Source: Daphnia carinata
Taxonomy: Eukaryota
NCBI RefSeq assembly: GCF_022539665.2
Contig: NC_081333.1
Span: forward strand, 8,866,001-8,930,000
DNA length: 64,000 bases
Direction of reading: 5' to 3'
Below the pieces are notes generated by a model that made no database searches, was not told the DNA's origin, and saw nothing but the letters and a program-made list of their open reading frames with translations. Shown piece after piece: positions 47,911 through 58,837 of this stretch. The position numbers were made by a program, and so were the translations under genes. Positions within the stretch are counted from its first letter, which is position 1, and every line of letters begins with the position of its first letter.

Positions 47911-50900
47911 ATGAGTGAAGCAGAATTTAGTGCTTCTGAAGAAGGCATATTTGCTGCTGAATCTTCAAACCAATCCTCATCCCCTTCCAAGCCATCTCGT
48001 GGAACTAGTAAAAGAGGAAGAGGGAGACCAAAGAGGACTCGAAAACTTTCTAGTGATAATGACTCCTCAAGCAATGGCCTGCATGTTTCAAGTCTTAAGC
48101 ATGTAGGCAAATTTCGTTATTTGTCAAATTTAACTCAGGCTGATAATGCTGAAACAGACCCTGCCAAACCAGTTGCTAGCCGAGGAAAACGAGGGAATGG
48201 GAGGGGCAGAGGAAGGGGGAGGGGCTCTTCCAATCACATGACTTCTTCCGTGAACAGCGCGGCTGAATCGTCGAGTCACGTCAGTAGAAGTGGCCGTCGT
48301 ATTAAGCCCAATAACCGTTGGGCACCAGATGCGGATTTCGATCCGGGTCCGGTAAATAAAGTTCTTCCTGTTCGTCAACGCGCGGCTGCCATAAAAAGTG
48401 CTAAAACAATACCTCATGAAAAACTAGTTCCCCATCAGCGTTGTGCGCTAGAAATAAATGCTGGCATTGCCGAAGACTTGGCTGCCTTAGGCGAGTCCGT
48501 TAAGCAGAATGATTCTACCTGTGAAGATCGCATTGTTGATGACGACAACGAAATTAAACAGAGAGTTGAAGAAGATCAAGTTCATTTACCTACGACAGAT
48601 TCTCGATTAGAAACATCGGAACCAAATCATCAAAATTCTCCTGTTGACGGAGAAAACACAGACAAGTTTAATAAGAAAACCAACCATCTTATACCTGAAG
48701 AGGTCGAACTCTCGCATGATGCAACATCTACTATACTAAAGGCCCAGGACCTCACTACGGAGGAACAGGACGCCGTCCTTCACCCATCGGAGATCTCGGT
48801 TGAAGTAGTCTGTTCTAATGAATGTGATGAAAAACATATTCCTGAAGAAGGAAAATTGAAAAGCCCCACAGACGACGTCTCAATGCAAACTGAACCCTCA
48901 TCAGATTTTCTAACCAGTTCGCAAATCGTGTCAGATATTACTGAAAATTTGAAGCTTGAGGTTACGCGCGATATGTCCTTGCCTGAGTGTAACAAAGAAG
49001 TTCTTAATCATGTTTATGCCAGTGATTCTACAAGCAGTGAACGCGAAGATTCTTCCCAAGGATTGACTGTAAAAGATAGTGCGGCAGAGCAACTATACAA
49101 CTCGTCGGCTGGAAACACTCCAAGGAGAGACGATGAAGCCTTCGACACTCATTCTGTGCTTATATCTCCAAAGCCTGTTAAAGTGAAATCAAGGTGGCGA
49201 CGAACCAGCGAGTTGGAGCAAGTGGTGGTCCGAAATGGAAATTCGGACCAGAGTAGCTGCAATAACAGTCCACTCAGTATGTCCCCTAAAACGAGTTGCA
49301 GTCTTCCACCTTTATCCGACACCAGAGACTGTGAGGGAAAAAACCAATTAGAATTGAGCGAAAATATTGCCATCATACAAGAAAGATTGAAATCTTTCGA
49401 AATTGTAGAAGAAAATCAGTACTTGACCAGTAGGAACACCAGCAAAGAGGTCAAAAGGATGTTATGCGATTGTTCCCTCACTAAGGAGGAAATTGCTCGT
49501 GGAGAACTCGGTTGCGGAGAAGATTGCATCAATCGACTCCTCATGATAGAGTGGTAATGGTTTAGATTTCTATTTCTACGGCAAATGAATTACAAATTCG
49601 TCACGATTTTTTTTTTTTTTTTTTTTTTTTTGCTTAGTGGACCTCGTTGCCAGTTAGGAGTTCGATGCACAAACAAACGATTCCAGAAAAGACAGTATGC
49701 TAAAATAGAAGTATTTAACACGGAGAAGAAAGGAGTTGGACTTCGTGCTTTGCAGGATATGGATCCGTAAGTTATCCTAATGAGTAGCAATATAATGTTC
49801 CTGGAATATGCATAATAATTTACTATCTTATTTTACACAGAGGAGATTTCATTATTGAATACGTCGGCGAAGTGATCGACCCCAGGGAGTTTCATCGGCG
49901 TGCGAAAGAGTACGCCCGCGAGAAAAATAAGCATTACTATTTTATGGCACTTAAATCGGACGCCATCATCGACGCAACCCAACAAGGCAACGTATCCCGC
50001 TTTATCAACCACAGTTGCGATCCAAATGCTGAAACTCAGAAATGGACTGTGAACGGAGACCTTCGTGTCGGCTTTTTCGCACGCAAGAGTTTCAGAGCAG
50101 GCGACGAAGTTACCTTCGATTACCAATTCCAGCGCTATGGCAAAGAGGCCCAACGTTGCTACTGTGAGTCCACCAACTGTCGAGGATGGATAGGAGAAGA
50201 TCCGGACAAGGAGGACAAAGGTCGAGATAAAAGAGAAAAGCGAGATCGAGAGAAGCGTAAAAGCCGAAACCTATTCAGGTTTGCGAAACCATTTTTTATG
50301 ACCATTTCGAATTTTAATTGGGTGATCTTTATTATAAAACAGGGAGGACGTTAATACCATTGACCTGGAAAGTGAAATCGAGAGATTGGTTACGTTGGGA
50401 GTTAAAAACCGTACTGAGACCCTAAATCTTTCGCGTCTAATGGTCAGGGCGGAAGATTTTGAAGCTCGGAAGAACATCCTTACAGTATTACGGAATTCAG
50501 AGCAAGCGTGTCGGTAATAAAAACAAAGAATTCTTTCTTGTCTTCTTTTTTGGTAATGAAATCATTTTTTTCTAGGCGACTGTTTTTAGATTACCACGGC
50601 CTTAAGTTGCTCTGGGGTTGGATGGTTGATGCTTCCTCCCTTGGACAAAGTTCTGAGAACCTTCAGTTTAAGATGGACCTGCTCTCAACATTATCTAGCC
50701 TTCCAGTGCCTAATAAAACCATGCTGTTGGACAGTAAGTTGATTTCGATTGTCGAAAAGTGGTCTACTGTTAGTGAATCTCCATCAACGGTGGAGGTAGC
50801 TAAGCCGGAAAGTTCAACCGAAACTGAAGAAACGTTCGAAAATCAAATGGAACTGCCAAATCAAGTACTATACCCAATAGGGAATCTTATGATCCTAGTG

Positions 50901-53039
50901 AAGGCATTAAAAAAAACTCTTCCGTTTAGATAATCTCCATGGCATCTCAGTTGCTTGACTCGTGGTCAAATTTGAAAGAAGTCTTCCGAATTCCAAAAAG
51001 AGAACGTATAGAAAAAATGAAAGAACACGAACGTGAAGCCGACAAAGAGTGGAACATGATTCCCGATGTGGCTGATCAGCTCAACAAGCAAAGTAGCTAT
51101 GACCGCCGACCAAATAACCACCATCGGATGGATGCGGGTTATCGAGAACCTAAGGAAAGAGAGAAATTAAAAAGGTTGCGAGATTCTCCTGATCGAGAAA
51201 ACCGTAAAATGCCACGATTGGAAGTTGACAAGTTAGTATATTCCACAGAATTTTTTAAACCAAGCGTAGCAGGATGTGATTAATATGTTTATTTGATTTA
51301 GTATTTCGAAAGAGGAGCGTCGACGACTGTTTGCCCTTAAAGTTGCCCAGCAAGATGAAGAGCTACGTGCGAGAAGGTGCCAGGAAGACGTTTGGAGAAG
51401 ACATTTAGAAAAATGTCTCGCATTTGGCGTTGAGCCAGCCGTAAGATTTTAAGAAATTTTTACGCAGAGGCCAGACTAAATATTATTATTGATTACAGAT
51501 CACACCCTTTGATGAAGCAACCCCTTTCATCGCTTCAGCCAGCCCCGGCTATAGTATTGGACTACCTCAAGTAATTTGGGATCCCGTTCTTGGTGTTTGG
51601 CAACCTTGTTCAGATGAACTTGGTTCATCATCGGCAAATCTCTCTGCTCTTACACCACTCTCCGAAACAAGCTCAACCAATCAAGCAAAGGTAATCGATC
51701 ATAAAAAACCGAATTGGTTGTCAAAAGATGATTTGTTATCTCTTAGGTTTCCAATGAGCCACCTCTCCTCCACCTAGTCATACCAAAAGGTTATAATCCG
51801 ACTATTATGGGCCCTCTTGTCATGGATTTTGACCTTTGTAAACATGAAGCCTCTGGGATCCCTTATGTTCCAGCCTCACTTGTCGTTCCATTGGAAAATG
51901 ATACTTTCCACACTGGCACTTCTCTTGATTCCGCGGAAGTTTCTCGGTTGCCATTTAAACTACCCTCCTTCTGGCGGCATGCTATGGACGAACGTGGTCG
52001 AATCTATTATTACCATGTGCGTTTAAGGTTACCGCAATGGGAGCCTCCTACAGCGGAAGTTGACACGCCCGATTTTAGCTCTGAAGAGGAGGAGGAAGAA
52101 GAAGTGGAAGATGCTCTTGAGTCCGTCACTTCAACCGCGGTTGATGAGTCGGCAGCTAACATCACTTTTCACAATTCTAAAGAACAGGAAAGAGAGCGAC
52201 GGAGAAGTCTTCTTTGCCGCGAAAAAATCATAAGCCCGCGCAGTGAATTCGAAAGAAGTGACGATGCCCAAAGATATCGCGAGCTTAAGGAACGCGTTTT
52301 GCGCCAGAAACTTGCTCGCATTCGAGAGCGAGGTCTTTGGATAGAAGAAACCAAAACTGAAGAAAAGACGAAAAGTAGAGAAAAAGAAAGAAGAAAGTTA
52401 AATGAAAAGGAGAAACAAAAGATGAGAAAGCGAGCGAAAGAAAAATATAAGCGCTCTTTACTCAAGGTAGATGGCCGCAAGAAGACCAAAGAACCAAGCG
52501 CAAAAGATAAAGTTGAAGCAGCTGGAATAGAGGAAAAAGATGGAGAAGCTGTCGTCAATGGCGAAGGGAACGACATAGGCGGAGAAAGATATGTGATGGA
52601 TGGATCTTTGGACGACTACATGAACTTAGGAGAAGGTGACGACGAAGCTGGTGAACAAGAAAGAAACCGAGACGTCTCTGCCAATACAGTGCGCAAAATC
52701 AAGGACGCATTCCGTATGAAAATCTCATCAGACATTGTGAACATCCTCAACCCATATCGCCGACCTGATTGCAAACTAGGACGCATCACATGCACAGATG
52801 ATTTCAAGCATTTGGCACGGAAGGTGTGTATCTTTTGAATCTATACATTTCATCGTAATCAAATTTAATTTTTTTTTTAGATGACGCATTTTGTCTTGGC
52901 TAAGGAGCTCAAACATTGCCGTAATATTGAAGATTTAGTGGTTAACGACAGTGTCAAGCATAAAGCCAAGGATTTTATAAAAAAATACATGGTGAAATTC
53001 GGACCTGCTTATAAACGGGGAAACGACGATGACGCATGA
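47911..53039 (+). CDS. SETD2: Histone H3K36 methyltransferase SETD2/Set2
   Basis: AT-hook-like RGRGRP; AWS (CDC...[16 protein letters not shown]); SET (IIEYVGEVI...[20 protein letters not shown]...EVTFDY); post-SET ([13 protein letters not shown]); WW ([19 protein letters not shown]...QWEPP); SRI ([29 protein letters not shown]...KELK). TGA at 53037-53039. Confidence 0.96.
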
Positions 53040-53591
53040 ATTCGACTCCTATCATTTTGTCTTGTAACAGTGTATCGCCCGACTGTTGTGTACAATGTAT
53101 TTAGCTCCTGCAATTTTTATCTGTTTTAAAAAGAAAACAAAAAACGATGAATATATGAAATTTCAACGAACTATGGTGGAACTATGTAACGGGTTTTGCA
53201 GAATGGCTATGACGTGCTCTTGAATGTTGAATGAGCTAGATTTATCCTAAGTTGACTTAAAGTTTCGTCCTCTAGTAGGTTGCGCTGGCTGCCGCTGTGC
53301 GTCTTTTGCACATCATTTGGATGGTACAGTATACTTGTTCGCTGTTTATTTCGGTTTTGATTTGCTCTCGCACACTATTTTCATTTCTTCAAGTGCAAAC
53401 CCTATTAGCTAGATATTTCTAGGATTTAGCCAAATATTTTGGAAAATAGTGGGAAGCTTATAGCATTCCCATTGCAGATAGCGCTACAACTTTCATTTAG
53501 CCGTTTCTTGCATTTATTTCAGAAACTATAAGGCCTACGTGAAAGCGCGTTTATTTTTGTGATTTTCGATCATTTTGCAATCGAAATCATG

Positions 53592-53729
53592 TATGGCAAT
53601 CCGTTTTACCCAAAATAAAGATAAAAAATATTGGCCTTTTTTCTGTTTTACTGCTATTGCTATCTACCGGTCACATTTCTGGTTAATTTAGTAAACGAAA
53701 AATCATCATACTATGGCAATCCGTTTTAC
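53592..53729 (+). repeat. Left terminal/subterminal 18-bp motif TATGGCAATCCGTTTTAC, two copies 120 bp apart
   Basis: Copies start at 53592 and 53712, each followed by an A-run and a similar ...GCYATCTACCG segment. Confidence 0.9.
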
Positions 53730-53913
53730 ATAAAAAAAAAAAAAATGTCGGAAAAAAAAATCGCACTTTTTTCTTTTTTTCCGACACGTAGCCATCTACC
53801 GCTCAGACTCGTTATTACTGGCATGTAGGCAATTTCAGTCCATTGGATGCCATTCGCAGTTAGTTCAGTAGCGTGGATGGAGAATAACGCGTGGCTGGAG
53901 GAACAATTGAAAA

Positions 53914-55310
53914 ATGGATAAGATAATACAACAAAAGGATGGTAAGTATAAACATTATTATTTTGGTTTTCAATTATTAATTATTGTTTATTAGATCAAA
54001 TTATGAAGCTGCAGGCCCAATTATTGGAACAACACAAAATATTAGATAACAGCAAAGCTAAGGATGGTAAGGCCTAATATGTAATGATTCTATTTATTTG
54101 CTTTTATTCATTTGTGTTTTGTAGCTCAAATTTTGAGTCTACAAGCTCAGCTAGGGGAAAAGAACAAATTGGAATGGAACAGTTTCCAAACAGTGAAGGA
54201 GGTTTTTCCAAACTCATCCCTAACTGAACATGAGGATGAATTGGCATTAGGTGAACACAGTCAGATACCTAAACTTTTCAAATAAGAATTCAAAATAAGT
54301 ATAGAATTTTAACAAACAATTATTTATTGTTTAGTTATTCAGTCTACCACCTGACAGTGTGTTAAAGTTAAATTCTGTTAGTGCTGCACTAAAAGAATTG
54401 TTAGTAATAAGTCCATGCAGAGAAGGAAGTGAACAATTGTGGTACCGTATTTGGGCTGAAAATGGGTGTGGTACGGAAACCCAGAAATAGCACGAGTTCA
54501 ACATAAAACATGAATTAGGTACTTTTCGGTTTTTTGTCTATAGAAAAAGTATTTTTAATGCTATTATTTTGCATTCACAGAATTTTAGTGGGGGATCAAG
54601 TCAAGTCTGGAAGTGTTACAGGATGGAAGAGTGAGCCTACAGTTGAAAAACACTGAAAGTGCATTACCATTAAGGTATGAGGTAAAGTAATAGAGTATGC
54701 AAATTGTCTAATGAGAAGTACCATCTTGTGTGAATGAATCCTGTGTAACAGCAATCATTTATAGTTCTGTCACAGCTAGAAGCCTCAAATAATTCTGCTT
54801 CTCTTGCTAAAGAACAACTTGTCCTTTACGTTCAGAGTGTTGGTGAAGCTGGGTACTTAAATGGCCCTAAAGATGTTTCACTTCACTGGCATTGCAGCGA
54901 TGAACATCATACATGGACTCTTTAGGTATGAAAGGATTTTTCTTCAAATAATTTTGAATTTATGACGAAGAATTTCTCCTCCTTTTTGCCAACCATGTCT
55001 AATCTAAAAAAAAAAAAATTTATCCAATAGGAAAGGATTTTCAGCATACTGGGAACACAACTATCAACAATGCAACATTCTAGGGGTGCTATTTTATCAT
55101 TCAAGAGCCTTATACAATGATTTTCATCTGCAATTTGTATGGCCTTTCCCAAGCTTCTGCCAGAAGTTGAATCTATAAGTCATGTAAGTCACATGAGCAA
55201 CAATCAATATGTTTAATGGTGTTGTTTTTCTTTTCTCAATATAGGTTAATAGTAACATTGGATCTGAAAAGATTCTTGGTTGGGGCAAGACACTGAATAA
55301 ATTGTATTGA
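53914..55310 (+). pseudogene. Decayed spliced gene in the left arm (coiled-coil repeats + FN3-like segments)
   Basis: Exons 53914-53941, 53995-54066 and 54125-54250 give MDKIIQQKD/DQIMKLQAQLLE.../AQILSLQAQLGE. Exon ~54335-54518 has LWYRIWAENGCGTE and an in-frame TAG at 54488 (TGG in the other copy). Exon ~54581-54674 has a 1-nt deletion. Further putative exons run to TGA at 55308. Confidence 0.6.
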
Positions 55311-55825
55311 TTGGATGGATGACATGACATTGCTATACTTAATTCGGATTCCCCAGACGGTATTTGATATTAAAAAAATTGAAGTGCATATCTGGGCTCC
55401 CTTCTTTTCTGAAGCCCCGTTTCCCCTTGACTCATAATAAGCCCGTAGGGGGTCATGCCCCTACTGTACGGTATATATAAAAACAACATATACCGAGGTT
55501 TGGAGGGCTCTGGCCGGAAAGGGGACGTGGGGTGCCGCTTAGTCCGATGATGTGTTCACGGAGGGCTCTGTGGCTGCCCACAAATCCGAACTAAAGGTTA
55601 ATCGCTCCTGTAAAAATGTTCCAAATCTTCAGCTCTTCTTCCGGCTTCTCTTAGCCAATCACCGGGTAATCTCCCCGGTGGGTCAACAAGGCAGTGTCTC
55701 CCCCTGCCTGGGTTGACGGCAACTTTTGAAAGGGCTATTGTGCCTTTTTAAAGTTGCAAAAATAATTGTAATGTGCAGAGAATTGTCAATAAAAATTTTT
55801 TTATAAAATGTTTTTTGCAAAATTT
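55210..55825. repeat. 616-bp block identical in inverted orientation to 56576-57191
   Basis: By-eye comparison shows no mismatch, and the coordinate sums are constant (112401) at both ends, so there is no net indel. Confidence 0.9.
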
Positions 55826-56011
55826 TTTTATTTGTCTGTGTTCGCTTTGTTCACACATAACATTTATCAACTTTTTTTTTATTTAGCTTGCTCAATTCAT
55901 CTTTATTGTTTTTGCCACCGTTGTATCGTTTATCTGTAAGTATTCAATTATTATTTATTACACTAATACATGGATATTTTCTGAAGTAATTTTGTATTTG
56001 TATATTGTTTT

Positions 56012-56081
56012 ACTGGCATGGGAATCGATCCCCAGACATTCAGCGTGCAACGCCGATGCTCTAACATTGAGCCACGAGATA
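56012..56081 (-). pseudogene. tRNA-like relic (Ala-TGC-like anticodon loop)
   Basis: Minus strand: TG GCTC-AATGTTA-GAGC (D arm), A, TCGGC-GTTGCAC-GCTGA (anticodon arm), then GGGATCGATTCCC (degenerate T arm/B box). The acceptor stem does not pair. Confidence 0.6.
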
Positions 56082-56177
56082 TATTTAAAAATTTTTATTA
56101 TCGCATATCATATGTTATCGTCTAGGATGTTTATGCATCTTTCACAACTATATGTTTATCTTTCTATTTCTTTCTTA

Positions 56178-56247
56178 AGGTCCATAGCTCTGTGGTAGAG
56201 CATTCAGCTGCGATAACTGTTACCCTGGGTTCAAACCTTAGTAGATG
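56178..56247 (+). pseudogene. tRNA-like relic (Cys-like head)
   Basis: TA GCTC-TGTGGTA-GAGC (D arm/A box) and CTGGG-TTCAAAC-CTTAG (T arm/B box). The acceptor stem is partly paired and the anticodon arm is disrupted. Confidence 0.65.
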
Positions 56248-56362
56248 TATAAAGATCTATATCTAAATGTAGAAAATAATATTGCAGTATTGCATTTCAG
56301 TTTTATTCAAAGTGTAAATGCAAGTCCGCAAGTGACTAGAAAAAAGCCAACTTGACTTTATA

Positions 56363-56430
56363 TGATTCATGGCTCATTGGTAAAGCATCGGCGCGGTATG
56401 CCGAACATCCAGGGTTCGATCCCTGAATAA
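56363..56430 (+). pseudogene. tRNA-like relic with intact Pol III A/B boxes (inverted homologue of the 56012-56081 relic)
   Basis: TGGCTCATTGG (A box), a perfect anticodon stem TCGGC-GCGGTAT-GCCGA, GGTTCGATCCC (B box), and partial ATTCA/TGAAT acceptor pairing. Confidence 0.65.
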
Positions 56431-56575
56431 TAAATGAATGCTTACAGATAAACGATAAACCAATGCAAACAATGCCTATCATCAAAGGTGGCATAAACAG
56501 TAAAGGTTAAATGAGCAAGCTAAATGAAAAAAAAGTTGATAAATGTAATGTATGAACACAGACAATGAAAGAAAC

Positions 56576-57191
56576 AAATTTTGCAAAAAACATTTTATAA
56601 AAAAATTTTTATTGACAATTCTCTGCACATTACAATTATTTTTGCAACTTTAAAAAGGCACAATAGCCCTTTCAAAAGTTGCCGTCAACCCAGGCAGGGG
56701 GAGACACTGCCTTGTTGACCCACCGGGGAGATTACCCGGTGATTGGCTAAGAGAAGCCGGAAGAAGAGCTGAAGATTTGGAACATTTTTACAGGAGCGAT
56801 TAACCTTTAGTTCGGATTTGTGGGCAGCCACAGAGCCCTCCGTGAACACATCATCGGACTAAGCGGCACCCCACGTCCCCTTTCCGGCCAGAGCCCTCCA
56901 AACCTCGGTATATGTTGTTTTTATATATACCGTACAGTAGGGGCATGACCCCCTACGGGCTTATTATGAGTCAAGGGGAAACGGGGCTTCAGAAAAGAAG
57001 GGAGCCCAGATATGCACTTCAATTTTTTTAATATCAAATACCGTCTGGGGAATCCGAATTAAGTATAGCAATGTCATGTCATCCATCCAATCAATACAAT
57101 TTATTCAGTGTCTTGCCCCAACCAAGAATCTTTTCAGATCCAATGTTACTATTAACCTATATTGAGAAAAGAAAAACAACACCATTAAACA
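56576..57191. repeat. Inverted partner of 55210-55825, containing the GC-rich hairpin cluster (56644-57007)
   Basis: Reverse complement of 55210-55825. Confidence 0.9.
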
Positions 57192-58481
57192 CAACAATTG
57201 TTGATCATGGAACTTACATGACTCATAGATTCAACTTCTGTTGGAAGCTTGGGAAAGGACATACAAATTGCAGATTAACTTCATTGTATAAGGCTCTTGA
57301 AAGATAAACTAGCACCTGTAGAATGTTGCATTGTTGATAGTTGTGTTCCCAGTACATGAAAATCCTTTCCTATTGGTTAAATTTTTTTTGGTAGATAAGA
57401 CCTGGTTGGCAAAAAGGAGGAGAAATTCTTCGTCATAAATTCAAAATTATTTGAAGAAAAATCCTTTCATACCTAAAGAGTCCATGTATGATGTTCATCT
57501 CTGCAATAGCAGCAAAATTAAAACATCTTTAGGGCCATTTAAGTACCCAGTTTTCCCAACACTCTGAATGTAAAGGACAAGTTGTTCTTTAGCAAGAGAA
57601 GCAGAATTATTTGAGGCTTCTAGCTGTGACAGAACTATAAAGGATTGCTGTTGTACTGGATTCATTAACACAAGATGGTACTTCTCATTAGGCAATTTGC
57701 ATTACTCTATTAATTTACCTCACACCTTACGGTAATGCACTCTCAGTGTTTTTTCATCTGTAGGCTCACTCGTCCATCCTGTAACACTTCCAGACTTGAT
57801 TTGATCCCCCGTTAAAATCTGTGAATGCAAAATAATAGCATTAAAAATACTTTTTCTATAGACAAAAAACCGAAAAGTAACTAATCCATGTTTCATGTTG
57901 AACTTGTGCCATTTCTGGGTTTCTGTACCACACCCATTTTCGGCCCAAATACGGTCCCACAATTGTTCAGTTCCTTCACTGCATGAGCTTATTACTAACG
58001 ATTCTTTTAGTGCAGCACTAACAGAATTTAAATTTAACACACTGTCAGGTGGTGGACTGAATAACTAAGCAATAAATAATTGTTTTTTAAAATTCTATAC
58101 TTATTTTGAATTCTTATTTGAAAAGTTTAGGTATCTGACTGTGTTCGCCTAATGCCAATTCATCCTCATGTTCAGTTAGGGATGAGTTTGGAAAAACCTC
58201 CTTCACTGTTTGGAAACTGTTCCATTCCAATTTGTTCTTTTCCACTAGATGAGCTTGAAGACTCAAAATTTGAGCTACAAAACACGAATGAATAAAAGCA
58301 AATAAATAGAATCATTACGTGTTAGGCCTACGATCCTTAGCTTTGTTATCTAATATTTTGTGTTGTTCCAATAACTGGGCCTGCAGCTTCATAATTTGAT
58401 CTAATAAACAATAATTAATAATTGAAAACCAATATAATAATGTTTATACTTACCATTTTTTTGTTTTATTATCTTATCCAT
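57091..58481 (-). pseudogene. Mirror copy of the spliced coiled-coil/FN3-like gene in the right arm
   Basis: ATG at 58481 (MDKIIKQKN) and the same exon chain; ORFs 57720-58040 and 57495-57695 are its exons. It keeps the TGG and the reading frame, but has GT>GC and GT>TT donor changes. Confidence 0.6.
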
Positions 58482-58670
58482 TTTTCAATTGTTCCTCCAG
58501 CCACGCGTTGTTCTCCAGCCACGCTACTCAATTAACTGCTAATGGGATACAATTAACTCAAATTGCTTACATGCCTGTAATAACGAAACCGACTGATAGA
58601 TGGCTACGGGTAGAAAAAAGAGAAAAAAGTGCGATTTTTTTTTTCCGCCATTTTTTTTAAATTTTTTTAT

Positions 58671-58837
58671 GTAAAACGGATTGCCATATAGCTCCTTTCC
58701 TTTAGTTTATTCCAAAATTGAGTATGATGATTTTTCGTTAACTAAATTAACTAGAAATATGACCGGTAGATGGCGATAGCAGTGAAACAGAAAAAAGACC
58801 GATATTTTTTTTTTTTTGGGTAAAACGGATTGCCATA
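58671..58837 (-). repeat. Right terminal/subterminal 18-bp motif, two inverted copies
   Basis: GTAAAACGGATTGCCATA at 58671-58688 and 58820-58837. Confidence 0.9.

Larger units (their letters stand above)
53592..58837. mobile_element. 5.25-kb fold-back/palindromic element (two ~2.4-kb inverted arms around a tRNA-relic spacer); probable non-autonomous element or inverted duplication
   Basis: 53592-~55955 is the reverse complement of ~56426-58837. The ends read TATGGCAATCCGTTTTACCC ... GGGTAAAACGGATTGCCATA, and homology stops abruptly outside them. The palindrome is seen directly; the mobile-element label is inference. Confidence 0.7.

Noticed and set aside
55124..55330. Duplicated ORF MSCHPSNQYNLFSV (also at 57071-57307)
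   Set aside because: It is antisense to the spliced cargo gene, and its duplication simply reflects the inverted repeat.
55394..55757. Hairpin cluster as RNase P/MRP RNA, telomerase RNA or a hammerhead ribozyme
   Set aside because: Only fragments match: AAACGGGGCTT resembles MRP CR-V, TAACCT is a minimal TTAGG template, and CCGATGA resembles CTGATGA. The required partner motifs were not found, so no assignment is supportable without a covariance search.
56012..56430. Functional tRNA genes
   Set aside because: Acceptor stems are unpaired or partial and the T or anticodon arms are defective, so these are reported as relics.
53592..58837. Palindrome as a pure long-read fold-back chimera or assembly artefact
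   Set aside because: The arms differ by many substitutions and indels, the spacer is unique, and normal genes continue on both sides. A chimera would be near-identical throughout.
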